From IMG/VR virus record IMGVR_UViG_3300018080_000003, positions 1-64,000 of that record: a stretch of 64,000 nt of DNA; one strand, written 5' to 3'. The translations under genes and the position numbers were made by a program. The notes under the pieces were generated by a model. The model ran no database searches and was not told the DNA's origin. It worked only from the letters and a program-made list of their open reading frames with translations. The DNA comes from a virus. This document shows positions 1 through 9,311 of the stretch, piece by piece (position 1 is the first letter of the stretch; each line of letters starts with the position of its first letter).

Positions 1-400
1 TCTGAGGACCCGAAGTGTCAGGCACACCCTCGCTCGGCGTCAAGTGGAAGGGGATCTGATTGTCGTTCTGGAAGTCCAAGAGCGTTCGGTAGCGCCACCA
101 GAAGCTCCAGGTGTACGGCAAGATGTTGACGCCGTCGTTGTACGTGATCTGAGGGACCCAGATGAGAACACGGGCGCCCTCAGGAACAGAAAGGCCACCG
201 ACGAGATTGGGATCGTACCCTTGCTTGCCCTGCGACGCGAGAGGATCGATCGCACGACCACGTTCGGTGAACATGATGGGGGTGTCTACCGGCTGACCGC
301 TGTAATCCGTGGTGAAGCCGTCATAGGGCACAAGTGAGCGGACCAGCCCGAACTGGGCATCCGCCATCACGGTCGTCGTCGTCGGTAGCGCTTCACTCAT
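1..400 (-). CDS. hypothetical protein, 3'-partial (runs off window start), probably structural
   Basis: Absent from the ORF track. Manual translation from the ATG at 400 (MSEALPTTTTVMADAQFGLVRSLVPYDGFTTDY...VPEGARVLIWVPQ...WSFWWRYRTL) stays open to base 1. The ATG lies 11 nt downstream of the stop of 412..1143. Confidence 0.75.
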   Translation of the reverse strand, partial: MSEALPTTTTVMADAQFGLVRSLVPYDGFTTDYSGQPVDTPIMFTERGRAIDPLASQGKQGYDPNLVGGLSVPEGARVLIWVPQITYNDGVNILPYTWSFWWRYRTLLDFQNDNQIPFHLTPSEGVPDTSGPQ

Positions 401-411
401 CTTCGTCTTCC

Positions 412-1143
412 TCAGGGACCAACCGGCCGGATATCGCAATCTTCAGGCGCGTTCTGAGAGAACTCCTTGTAGTTCCGGCGCCCACCACCAGAGGATTTGC
501 GCTTCGACTCAGCGTTCTTCTTCATGTCGCGATCTGAGACGAAGTAATACCAGAGAGCACCCGCTCCGACCGCAGAAACAACGGCGTAGGTGCCAGAAAT
601 CTTCGCCTCACGGTCGTCCGCTCCGGAAGTGAAGTACTTCATCGCTCGATACGCATTGACGGCGGCCCCTGCTGCCAGCCCGCCGGCTAGGCCCCCGAAG
701 GGGCCTCCGTAGTACGTGCCCACAGCAGCACCGCCAGCCACGCCGATGACAGACAGGCCCAGATTGTGCCCCACCATGTCCTCTTCGTACTCGCCCAAGT
801 CGTCCATCGGGTAGCGAGCAGGCGCAGGCTGAACTCGAAGAGGAGGACCCGGCATGCGCGGCATCGGCGAAACTGCTGGAAGCGGTACTTCCGAAGGACC
901 GAAGTTGTAGCCCCGCGGCGGAGGCGGAGGATTCTGCTGGCTCTTCGTCCTGTCAATAGACGGGCCAGGCGTTGCTTGTGCAAATATTCCGCCACCTTCG
1001 TAGGTGGTCGTCGAAGGGATGGCACCCTTCGGAGCAACCGTCTGATGCTCGGCGGGTACCGCCGCAGGGGGCGTGTAGGTAGGCGGAGCAAAATCTCCAC
1101 CAGGGGCTCCCCCAGCCGCCAAATCATCAAAAGGGTTGTTCAT
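412..1143 (-). CDS. Pro-rich membrane protein (2-3 TM), putative virion protein
   Basis: Pro-rich N-half, GGGIF motif, Gly-rich hydrophobic segments, basic C-terminus; operon-packed. Confidence 0.75.
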   Translation of the reverse strand: MNNPFDDLAAGGAPGGDFAPPTYTPPAAVPAEHQTVAPKGAIPSTTTYEGGGIFAQATPGPSIDRTKSQQNPPPPPRGYNFGPSEVPLPAVSPMPRMPGPPLRVQPAPARYPMDDLGEYEEDMVGHNLGLSVIGVAGGAAVGTYYGGPFGGLAGGLAAGAAVNAYRAMKYFTSGADDREAKISGTYAVVSAVGAGALWYYFVSDRDMKKNAESKRKSSGGGRRNYKEFSQNAPEDCDIRPVGP

Positions 1144-1157
1144 CTCGAAAGTTTACC

Positions 1158-2183
1158 TCAGCGGTTCGATCTCATCCACGAAACAAGGGAGAAGCCAGCG
1201 ACAGCTCCCGCAGCGAAATAGAGCACCTGCTCCGAGCCACCCATGGCTGCGACCATCGTGGGCTTGGGAGGCTGCGCACTTGGCGCATGAGGGGGATTTT
1301 TTGGCGACGGCTTGGGCGTCGGGAGGGGCTTGGGCTTGTCCGTCCCAGGCGGAGCAGGCTTCGGCGGAGGAAGGTCCTTTTGCCGCACACCAGGGTGACG
1401 GTACTCGGGGAGCTTCCCCTCGTGAGAGATGATCGGCCAATACTTCTCGCTCGTCGCGAGGTACGGAACCGTCGTCGGGATGCACTCCGCCAAGTCCGGG
1501 TCGCAAAGCTTCCCATCGAGGCGAAGCAAGCGAACCGTCTGACTGTAGTCCGTGTAGCCGATGGGATGGGCCAAAGCCTGCGGCTGAAGCACCCCGACCT
1601 CACCAGGGAAGAGGATCGACTTGTAGTGCCCCTTGGCTGGCGTGATGTGCCAGCCGTACTCTGCACCCATGCCTGGACGCTGCCAGAGCGACTTGGCGAA
1701 CACCCAGTCTTTGCCTTGACCGGCTACGAGCGGCGGCTTGTCGAACCGCTTGTTCATCATCGCGTCGAAGATCTGCGCATCGACCGCCTGACTCTGCTCC
1801 ACCATCCGGTTGGTGTGAGCCATCGTTCCGTCGGCGTACCAGTTCCTGGCAATAGGCTGAAGCTTGATGTCAGCGGCGCGGTAGATCTCATCACTGAGCT
1901 TGGAAGTCAGCAACGTGACCCCCAGCTCATCAGCGATCCGTTGAGCTGCCTCGTGACTCGTCGTCACACGAACCGAGTCCTCTGCGTCTCCGATCCGAAG
2001 CGTGTCCTGGCTCGCGTAGAGCGTCACCAGCTCCTGATTCGGACCCACGACTTGAAAAGGAATCCAGTTGATAGGCGCGTAGTCACCTCGGCGCACAGCG
2101 TCGAGGATCATCGAGTCCCGCCGCTTGAACTCGTCGAGGTTCCTCCCCTTCGGGAGGGTCTGTACGAACGCGCTTCCCTTCAT
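1158..2183 (-). CDS. enzyme-like domain + Pro/Lys linker + C-terminal TM (possible virion cell-wall enzyme)
   Basis: Start re-assigned to ATG 2183 (MKGSAFVQ), just after the stop of the upstream gene. Motifs IGDAEDSVRV, AQRIAD, LVAGQGKD, YGWH, YTDYSQ recall a widespread uncharacterised bacterial family. Ends AAMGG-TM. Confidence 0.65.
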   Translation of the reverse strand: MKGSAFVQTLPKGRNLDEFKRRDSMILDAVRRGDYAPINWIPFQVVGPNQELVTLYASQDTLRIGDAEDSVRVTTSHEAAQRIADELGVTLLTSKLSDEIYRAADIKLQPIARNWYADGTMAHTNRMVEQSQAVDAQIFDAMMNKRFDKPPLVAGQGKDWVFAKSLWQRPGMGAEYGWHITPAKGHYKSILFPGEVGVLQPQALAHPIGYTDYSQTVRLLRLDGKLCDPDLAECIPTTVPYLATSEKYWPIISHEGKLPEYRHPGVRQKDLPPPKPAPPGTDKPKPLPTPKPSPKNPPHAPSAQPPKPTMVAAMGGSEQVLYFAAGAVAGFSLVSWMRSNR

Positions 2184-2187
2184 CGTC

Positions 2188-3252
2188 TCAGTCCAGATCG
2201 AGCATCCACACCTGACGGAAGAGGGCGTAGTCAGAAAGGGCAGAGCGGGCGCCGGCCTTGCTGCTGTTGTCGACGTACTCACTGCCCCGGACGCGCTCGG
2301 GACCAGAGCCAGGGCCGCCCATGACGTACTCAACGCCAGTAGCAGCAGCGACTTCATCGAGCGGAACAGGGCGTCCACGATGGGCCTTGAGGTAGTCACT
2401 GACAGCCTTCTTTTGCTCAGGAGTGAGCTGCTCCTTGAACACACGAGCGTTGCTCGTGTCAACCTTCCGGAAGCCCCAGCTCTGGCGAGCCTTGCCCTGC
2501 GCCGGGCGCGCGAGAGGACGATCGCCCATCATGCTCGTCGGTACCTGAACCCAAAGAAGCTCCTTGTCAGAGGCGTAGACTTCGACCGGTCGTCCGATCT
2601 CTTCAGCCTGTGCCGACCAGACCGCAACGAAGTACTGCGGAGGCATCGAGTCAGCGTCACGAAGCAAATCCCGAACAGCCTCTGAGTCCTTCTTGTCGAG
2701 ACGGACCTTCATCGGCTGCGTCGCCGTGATGTAGAAGAGGTGCGACCACGACTTCCGAAGGATCTTCATCCCGTCGTTGTAGATGACCATGAAGTCGACC
2801 TGCTGCTCCACAGGATCCACGACCAAGTCGATCTCCTCGCCCGGCAAGAGCGCCTCCAGCTCCTTCATCGCAGCCTGAAAGCCCTTCGCAGCCTTGTTGA
2901 TCTCAGACTTCGGACTCGTCGCAACCTTCTCGTCCCGGGTGAAAGCCTTCAGACGCGCCTGCGCGCCCTTGGTGACGTTGAACACGAACTGGACCGCCTC
3001 TTGAAGTCGATCCAAGTCATCCGTCGTCCAAGGCTCACCGCCCTCGTACTTGTACTTCTCGTCCGTAACCTCTTCGTCCGCGATGAACATCGCCTGACCG
3101 ACAGCACGACGGATGCTGCGCACCACATCGAGCTGAGACACCGGGGGAGGTTTCGGCGCACGCATCGCACGCTTCAATTCCGGACCCATCAGATACTGCG
3201 CGTTGCGCTGCGTCTTCCGAGTCGAAAGGCCCATTCGCTTGGTTTCAGCCAT
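2188..3252 (-). CDS. hypothetical protein
   Basis: 354-aa ORF, typical composition, tightly packed between neighbours. Confidence 0.75.
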   Translation of the reverse strand: MAETKRMGLSTRKTQRNAQYLMGPELKRAMRAPKPPPVSQLDVVRSIRRAVGQAMFIADEEVTDEKYKYEGGEPWTTDDLDRLQEAVQFVFNVTKGAQARLKAFTRDEKVATSPKSEINKAAKGFQAAMKELEALLPGEEIDLVVDPVEQQVDFMVIYNDGMKILRKSWSHLFYITATQPMKVRLDKKDSEAVRDLLRDADSMPPQYFVAVWSAQAEEIGRPVEVYASDKELLWVQVPTSMMGDRPLARPAQGKARQSWGFRKVDTSNARVFKEQLTPEQKKAVSDYLKAHRGRPVPLDEVAAATGVEYVMGGPGSGPERVRGSEYVDNSSKAGARSALSDYALFRQVWMLDLD

Positions 3253-3255
3253 GTC

Positions 3256-3864
3256 TCAACCTACAATCCCGTCTTTCTCGATATCGAGCGTCTTGCCAGT
3301 CACGAGCATCAAGGGACCTTCGCTCTTCGTGAACACGAAGATGAAAGGCTCATCCTTGCCACAGCCAACCTCAGACCAACGAAACTTTGAAGCGCCCAGG
3401 TAACCGTGGCGCACCGTCGACTTGACGATCCCATCGTCACGGCCTCTGCCGAATTTCGGATCATCGTCGTCGCCACCCGTGTAGAGCTTCAAGTTGATCT
3501 CTTCGAAGAGGCCAAGGATGGCGAAGGAATCCGGCATCGGAACCTCATCGAAGTAGACTTTCGGTCCGATGACCTTCCACTTCTTGTTCCGCTTGTAGTA
3601 GTCGTGAAGCAGCCCCGGCTTGACGAAAGCGCGGTTGCGACTCTCAGCAAGATGCTTGTACAGCTCGCCCGGACGAGCGCCCTTGTCGTTCTTCCGCTGC
3701 CACTTGTCAGAGCCATAGGCAACAGCGAGAGAATCTCCGACGTTCTGAAGGACACGCGGCCACTTCCAGCGGTACTTCTCTACGTACTCGACATCGCGAT
3801 CGTTGAAGGTCTTGACCATCCCCCGCGCGAGGTCTTCCGCCTCATATACCTTGACCCTAGGCAT
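3256..3864 (-). CDS. hypothetical basic protein
   Basis: Start re-assigned to ATG 3864 (MPRVKVYE), coupled to the upstream stop. Confidence 0.7.
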   Translation of the reverse strand: MPRVKVYEAEDLARGMVKTFNDRDVEYVEKYRWKWPRVLQNVGDSLAVAYGSDKWQRKNDKGARPGELYKHLAESRNRAFVKPGLLHDYYKRNKKWKVIGPKVYFDEVPMPDSFAILGLFEEINLKLYTGGDDDDPKFGRGRDDGIVKSTVRHGYLGASKFRWSEVGCGKDEPFIFVFTKSEGPLMLVTGKTLDIEKDGIVG

Positions 3865-4261
3865 CTTTGTTCCCGACGAAGGATACCAGGAGAGCCGATC
3901 CTGCGCCAAGAGCCACACCAAGAGGTACGGAGCCTCCTCGCTCCTTCTGGATGTAGTAGCCCAAGCCACCCGCCACGAGAACGTAGGGGATCAGGAGAGG
4001 ATTGCCCTTGAGATCGATGGAACCAATGCCTTGAACCGGACGGTTCTTGCAGTTCACCACCATGCCCTTGGCTTCCCAGCCAGTGCCAGCACGGCGAACG
4101 CCCGACGGAAGCCTGCGCCCCGCGTCTGCTGCAGGAACACCTACAGTGCCAGCCATCTGACCGTCACGAGGCGTCGGCAGGTCGCCGTTCGTAGGATGAT
4201 GCCCTGGACCCTCAAAGTACTCGTAGAGGCCGAGCTTGTCGTTGAAGCAGGAGTACATCAT
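3857..4261 (-). CDS. small membrane protein, C-terminal TM pair
   Basis: ATGA overlap at 4258-4261; GIG motif, then hydrophobic helices. Confidence 0.7.
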   Translation of the reverse strand: MMYSCFNDKLGLYEYFEGPGHHPTNGDLPTPRDGQMAGTVGVPAADAGRRLPSGVRRAGTGWEAKGMVVNCKNRPVQGIGSIDLKGNPLLIPYVLVAGGLGYYIQKERGGSVPLGVALGAGSALLVSFVGNKDA

Positions 4262-5088
4262 CGGCTTTTCTCCAAGAGCTTGTCCGTGGCCCACGGCAAC
4301 GCGTATCGGATCCCGATGTAGATGGCGCCCAAAGCCATCACGACCTTCCCCGCTTCAGACGTGATACCCGCCCACGGATCCTTCGCCTGTAACTCCTTCG
4401 CAGCTTCGATGCACTTTTCAACGGTAGCAGTGTCGCCCTCGGCCTGAGCCTTCAAGCACTGCTCGCGCATGAGGTTGTTGTTCACCTCCAAGCGCCGAGA
4501 GATGAACATGTAGTTCACGATCACCGCCGCCAAACCGATGACCGTCACGACAACAGCCCAGACCGCCATCGCAGGGATCCCCATCGCCGCCGGAGTGCCC
4601 TCGAAGATGTAACGAAGATCGCCGTCCTGATCCATCTTGACGATCATCGCGAACGCCTGGAGACGGTCGTTCTCATCCGCCTGGGCCCAGTTCAAGCTGA
4701 TGTTCGAGTTGGGGTCTGCGATCTCACGCACCACACGACCGCTCATCCAAGGACCGAGTCCGATGGATGCGATGACGTAATTAGCGATCACCCAGTCTTG
4801 AACCCGCGCCGCGTTGCCCATGTTGAGCACGAGGTAACGAGGAAGGCTCGTTTCCGGCGACTCCATCGCCTTGGAAAGGTCATCCTTGTTCCGCTCAGAC
4901 CAGCCACTCACCTGGCTCATGACCTGACGAGCGCGCTCAGGGTCAAACTCGAAGTTGGGAGCGTACTTCCGCAGAGAAGCCTCTGCAGAAGCACGGGCAA
5001 TCTGCAGGCGCTCCTGAGGCGTCGCGCCAGGAAACACGGGGAGTGAGCCCTTGATCCGATTCAGGGCAAGCTGCTGCAGACGCTCCAT
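4258..5088 (-). CDS. membrane protein (2 TM)
   Basis: AAMG followed by TM (AVWAVVVTVIGLAAVIV); second TM near the C-terminus. Confidence 0.75.
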   Translation of the reverse strand: MERLQQLALNRIKGSLPVFPGATPQERLQIARASAEASLRKYAPNFEFDPERARQVMSQVSGWSERNKDDLSKAMESPETSLPRYLVLNMGNAARVQDWVIANYVIASIGLGPWMSGRVVREIADPNSNISLNWAQADENDRLQAFAMIVKMDQDGDLRYIFEGTPAAMGIPAMAVWAVVVTVIGLAAVIVNYMFISRRLEVNNNLMREQCLKAQAEGDTATVEKCIEAAKELQAKDPWAGITSEAGKVVMALGAIYIGIRYALPWATDKLLEKSR

Positions 5089-5090
5089 GC

Positions 5091-6152
5091 TCAGAACACC
5101 TTCTTCTTGCGAAGGAAGTCCACCAGGAAGTACGCACCGACGGCGACACCACCGACCACAGCGACCTTCTGACCTGCCGTCAATGGCTTGCGCATCGAGA
5201 TGTCCAGCTCAGGAAGCACAACCGCACAACCATCCTGACCAGGCACGACTTCCATGCCCTCAGGGCAGCGCGGGATGCACTTGTTCTGCTCCCACGACCA
5301 CTTCAGGTTGATGTTGTTGCAGTCCCGCGGAGGAGCACCCTTGTTCATCTCACGAACGATCTGATCTCTCGTCGCACGGTTGCTGATGAGACTGCTCGCG
5401 CGCTCCTCGCGACCCTTCTCATCAGGCTCGTCTTGGGCCATCCGCCAATTGGCCTGGATACTGTCCTCGACGAGGTCCAGCTCATCGACCAACTGAGGGT
5501 TCGCCTGAGCGACAGGCCCATCACGCCAAGCCAGCGTCCAGCCTCTCGCGTCGTAGATGGGTCCCGCCTTCAAGACAGGAAACACCTTTGCATCCGGAGG
5601 CAAGTCCAACAGGCTGCTGAGATCACCACCACGCCACTGCACGTACTGCGAGAGCTGAGGGGCACCACCAAGCAGCTGACGCGCCGCTTGCGCCAACATC
5701 TCCATGCCGGCGATCGTTGGCTGAGGGCCGCCAATGACCCCCGTCTTCCCGCCCTGGAACTCGATCAGAAGCTGCGACATCGGAGGCGGAGACAGCAGGT
5801 ACCCCGCGAGGTCCTTGTAGCGGCCGATCGCCAAAACAAAGGCATCCGCCGTCGCGCCGTCCCATGCATCAGCATGCTGGCCACTCCGACGCATATGCTT
5901 CCAGGTGTCCTCGGTCTGAAGCTCCTCGGCCGGCGTCTGAAGCGAATCAGACTTCAGCTTCGAGAGATGGTAGAGGACGTCCTTGATCTCTTTGACGCGA
6001 CCCGGCTGGTTCAGGTCGTAGACCCGCTGCGCCTCGTCACCCATCGGTACGAGCGCGTACTGCCCCTCCTGAGGAGCAGACGTCGTGTAACCCTGGACCG
6101 AGCGCGAAAGACCGGTGCCGACAACTTCTCGGATCCCAAGAATCTTCGCCAT
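5091..6152 (-). CDS. tail-anchored protein with Cys-rich module
   Basis: Start at ATG 6152 (MAKILG), overlapping the upstream TGA; 4-Cys module; TM + RKKK. Confidence 0.75.
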   Translation of the reverse strand: MAKILGIREVVGTGLSRSVQGYTTSAPQEGQYALVPMGDEAQRVYDLNQPGRVKEIKDVLYHLSKLKSDSLQTPAEELQTEDTWKHMRRSGQHADAWDGATADAFVLAIGRYKDLAGYLLSPPPMSQLLIEFQGGKTGVIGGPQPTIAGMEMLAQAARQLLGGAPQLSQYVQWRGGDLSSLLDLPPDAKVFPVLKAGPIYDARGWTLAWRDGPVAQANPQLVDELDLVEDSIQANWRMAQDEPDEKGREERASSLISNRATRDQIVREMNKGAPPRDCNNINLKWSWEQNKCIPRCPEGMEVVPGQDGCAVVLPELDISMRKPLTAGQKVAVVGGVAVGAYFLVDFLRKKKVF

Positions 6153-6400
6153 CACTTCCTCGCATAGTAGTAGGCGCCGCCCGCCACAGCCATAGCTAGC
6201 AGACCAAGAGCCAACGGGTTCGCGACACACTTGCCAGATCCGTCCCGCTTCATCAGCGGACGAAACTTGCAGACACAACCCTCTCGGGACGCGTACCAAG
6301 TCTCATCCGTTCGACAGAGTGCAGGGCCGAGCTTCTGAACCTCCTCGGGGGTCAGACACTCACCCTTCCAGCTCTTCTGTCCAGCAGGACACGCCATCAC
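6152..6400 (-). CDS. small Cys-rich tail-anchored protein
   Basis: 6 Cys; C-terminal TM ending GGAYYYARK. Confidence 0.75.
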   Translation of the reverse strand: MMACPAGQKSWKGECLTPEEVQKLGPALCRTDETWYASREGCVCKFRPLMKRDGSGKCVANPLALGLLAMAVAGGAYYYARK

Positions 6401-6675
6401 TTGTTTCTTCCGAAGTAGTAGGCGCCCGCGATCACCGCAGCACCCAAGAGAAGCATCGACCCGCCCGCCATGCCAGCCTGCGCCATCGTGGGAGACGAGC
6501 CTGGGCGACTACTGGGTCCCGTCGGCCCCAAGTCGACCTCCTGGTAGCCGCGACTGCCGGGGACCTTGTACATGTAGTCTCTCTGCGAGCAGTCGCAGCG
6601 ATTCAAGAGCGTGTCATACGCACAAGGCGCACACTCCTGTTCCTTGAGGAAATCGAAGCCCAAACTCGTGTACAT
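6397..6675 (-). CDS. small Cys-rich tail-anchored protein
   Basis: Starts MYTSLG; 4 Cys; AGMAGG-TM-GRNK. Confidence 0.75.
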   Translation of the reverse strand: MYTSLGFDFLKEQECAPCAYDTLLNRCDCSQRDYMYKVPGSRGYQEVDLGPTGPSSRPGSSPTMAQAGMAGGSMLLLGAAVIAGAYYFGRNK

Positions 6676-6678
6676 GGC

Positions 6679-7071
6679 TCACCGCATCAGGAAGTAGACG
6701 GCCCCACCGATCACCACAGCACCGGCCGCGATGTAGGCCCAAGTCGGGATCCCACCAGGCGAAGCCGGCGGGTACTCATCGGGGTTGATCATGCCCTCAG
6801 GGCCCTGCTCGCCCGACCGCATCGCCTGCATGTCGATCAGACGCTGCTGCGTCGGAGCAAACATGATCGGCGTCTGCATGACAGCACGATTGATCATCGA
6901 CGGCATGTTCTGCGGAAGGGGCGCAGGCGTCCCCGGACCAGGAGCCGGAGGGGGCGCGGCCTGACTGCCGCCACTCGCACCGGGAGGGGGCGGAGGAGGA
7001 GGCGGCGGCGGCGGAGGGGGAGGCGGAGCCTGACCCATCGGAACAGACATGTGGAAGATCCCTTGACTCAT
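6679..7071 (-). CDS. poly-Pro tail-anchored protein
   Basis: MSQGIFHMSVPMGQ, long poly-Pro run, TM ending GGAVYFLMR. Confidence 0.75.
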   Translation of the reverse strand: MSQGIFHMSVPMGQAPPPPPPPPPPPPPPPGASGGSQAAPPPAPGPGTPAPLPQNMPSMINRAVMQTPIMFAPTQQRLIDMQAMRSGEQGPEGMINPDEYPPASPGGIPTWAYIAAGAVVIGGAVYFLMR

Positions 7072-7493
7072 CTCTGTGAACTCCTCGCCTGCGGCGTCAT
7101 ACGTGTGGCTACGGCCACAGCTGCAGTTCCGAGCAGGCCCGCGGTGCCTGCGAAGTAACCAGCAAGACCGCCTCCGAAGACGAGCATCGGCCGGTCAGAC
7201 TCCTTCGCCATCACCCAGCCCATGGCAGCTCCAAGAGCCGCATCGACGAAGGCATAGCCAGAAGCATGCTGAAAGATGGGCGCCGTCCCACCGAAACCGA
7301 GATAGGGCGACTCAGCGTACGGGCGCTCACGGTAGGTTGAACGCGCATCCGGAACCGTGTAATTCGGCCCATGGTACCGCGTCGGGTAGGGGTGCTTATG
7401 CGGCACGAGAGGGTTCGGCACGCCGCCGTAGGTGTAACCGAAGATGCTCGCCTGCTCCGGAGGAAACACCGTCTGCATTGCCTTGAAGCTCAT
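7068..7493 (-). CDS. small membrane protein
   Basis: Start at ATG 7493 (ATGA overlap); LGFG motif; Gly-rich TM segments. Confidence 0.7.
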   Translation of the reverse strand: MSFKAMQTVFPPEQASIFGYTYGGVPNPLVPHKHPYPTRYHGPNYTVPDARSTYRERPYAESPYLGFGGTAPIFQHASGYAFVDAALGAAMGWVMAKESDRPMLVFGGGLAGYFAGTAGLLGTAAVAVATRMTPQARSSQR

Positions 7494-7909
7494 CGACGAC
7501 GACCCTTCTTCTGGCTCTGCTTCCCAGCCATGTAGAGCAACGCGATGCCGCCCGCGGCCAAGGCGATCATGCCGACGTTCCCAAGACCTGCGGTCTGAGG
7601 CTTGGTCTGAGACTGCGGCTGAGCGCCACCTCCTCCGCCTCCGGAAGGGATCTGAGGCGTCGGCTGCTGAAGCACGTTCACACACTTCCCACCCTGGTCG
7701 AGGTAGGGAGGCGGACACCAGCACTTGCCAGCCGAATCACGGAACATGATCCGATCAGGACAAGGAGCAGGCTTCGGCGCAGGCTTGGTCAGAGCGTTCA
7801 CGCACTTGCCGTCCTCGTCCAAGTAAGGCGGAGGACACCAGCACTTGCCGTCCGGGTCCTTGAACATGATGGGGTCAGGACACCCCGTGTTTCCCATCGC
7901 AGAATACAT
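7490..7909 (-). CDS. tail-anchored protein with duplicated Cys module
   Basis: MYSAMG; two copies of CPDxIMFxDxxGKCWCPPPYLDxxGKCVN; AGLG-TM-KKGRRR. Confidence 0.8.
   Translation of the reverse strand: MYSAMGNTGCPDPIMFKDPDGKCWCPPPYLDEDGKCVNALTKPAPKPAPCPDRIMFRDSAGKCWCPPPYLDQGGKCVNVLQQPTPQIPSGGGGGGAQPQSQTKPQTAGLGNVGMIALAAGGIALLYMAGKQSQKKGRRR
7675..7882 (-). repeat. imperfect direct repeat (two ~88-nt copies, 120-nt period) encoding the Cys module
   Basis: 7675-7762 aligns with 7795-7882. Confidence 0.85.
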
Positions 7910-7918
7910 CTCTGAACC

Positions 7919-8776
7919 TCACTTCGCGTTGAGCGCACCGTAGACCAGGGCAGCAGCCACACCGACCGCGGCGCCAGCGAGTGCGAGCTGTCCGACCGTA
8001 GCCGGCTCTTTGATTTCTTCCTCTTCGCCGAAACCGCTGATCGGAATCGGACGAGTCGGGCCCACGTTCACCGTCGAAGTGAAGGGAACAGCCGGGTAGA
8101 TCGGCATGTCAGGCGCGGCGTGAGCAACGGGGTTCGCCACCGGATTCACGGGAGCCGGCGTCTGACGAGGGAACACGATGTTCTGCTTCGGGAGACGCTT
8201 GCGCTTGATGTTGAAAGGAACCGGACCCAACGTCGCGGGCGAAGAAGGAATGGGACCAACCGGAGCGGGCGACTGCGGTACGATGTGAGACATCGGGTTG
8301 TGAAGAGGACCAGCGAGCCGGCCGTTTCTCTCGACGTACGCCATGCCGCCACCCGGGACGTAGACCACGTCTGCACCCGAGTTGATGTCCTTCACGTCCT
8401 TGCTGACCGTGAAGGGGACGCCACGAGCGATGTAACCAGGCAGGTCGTAGCTGCTGGAGAACACCCCTGCGTCTGGGTTGCTCGTGCCCGTGCGACCAGG
8501 CGGATCGAAGATGCCCGAGCCGAAAGAGTCGTCTTCCTTCTCCAGCTCGTAGATCGCCTTGTTCTGGTAGCCCGGGTCAACACCCACGCTTCCCATCCCC
8601 GACGTCGAGCCCATGCCCGCGAGAGTTCTTCCGTACATCTTTCGCATCCTCTGCAAGTTGGCGCGGGTCTGGCCCGTGTAGAATTCGAGGTTTTGCGCGA
8701 TCTTGTCCCCGTAGATGGGGCCATAGTAGCGCTGGCGGCTGTTCACCGCGGTACGAGGGCTCAGTCGGCTCCGCAT
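7919..8776 (-). CDS. tail-anchored putative virion protein
   Basis: GMG x2, GSGIF, AGVF and SGFG motifs; C-terminal TM. Confidence 0.75.
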   Translation of the reverse strand: MRSRLSPRTAVNSRQRYYGPIYGDKIAQNLEFYTGQTRANLQRMRKMYGRTLAGMGSTSGMGSVGVDPGYQNKAIYELEKEDDSFGSGIFDPPGRTGTSNPDAGVFSSSYDLPGYIARGVPFTVSKDVKDINSGADVVYVPGGGMAYVERNGRLAGPLHNPMSHIVPQSPAPVGPIPSSPATLGPVPFNIKRKRLPKQNIVFPRQTPAPVNPVANPVAHAAPDMPIYPAVPFTSTVNVGPTRPIPISGFGEEEEIKEPATVGQLALAGAAVGVAAALVYGALNAK

Positions 8777-8819
8777 ACTGGTTTCCTTTCAGGCCCGACC
8801 GGGCTCAGTAGTTGCCGCT

Positions 8820-9311
8820 TCAGCCAAGCCCGTCGGGGCTCATGCCAAAGCCGGCCATGGTGATCTTGCGCATCGTCCGCTCCTGCGGGACGCTGCCACC
8901 GACGTACATGCCGGAGGTGTGCACCATGCCGTGGCCGAAGATGCCGCCTTCGGTGCGGCCATGAGGCGTCGGGACCGGACGACGCATCCCGATCGGAATG
9001 GGACGCGGGTCAGCGGCTTCCACCATCATGTGCGCGCCCATGCCGTGCATCGGCACGTAGGTCTTCATGTAGCCCATCCCGCCGTGCATGCCGGTGATGG
9101 GACGAACGGTCTGAGAGTCCCGGAAGGGAACCTCGGACCGGAACACGTCCTGGCTGACCATGTGGCCGCGCGGACTGTCCGTCGGAATTGTCGGACGACG
9201 CATGTCGATGTAGGTCGCCGGCACGTAGCCAGCTTCGAAGATGCCGCCACGGGTGTTGCCATGCGGCAGAGCCGGCGTGACGGGAGGCTGAAGGGGGAAA
9301 CGACGCATCAC
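8820..9311 (-). CDS. low-complexity protein with repeated GGIF and GMG motifs
   Basis: PHGxTxGGIF twice; GMG, GMG, GFG, GLG. Confidence 0.7.
   Translation of the reverse strand: MMRRFPLQPPVTPALPHGNTRGGIFEAGYVPATYIDMRRPTIPTDSPRGHMVSQDVFRSEVPFRDSQTVRPITGMHGGMGYMKTYVPMHGMGAHMMVEAADPRPIPIGMRRPVPTPHGRTEGGIFGHGMVHTSGMYVGGSVPQERTMRKITMAGFGMSPDGLG

Noticed and set aside
44-337. Plus-strand 97-aa ORF
   Set aside because: Antisense shadow of the open minus-strand frame 1..400, which continues the operon.
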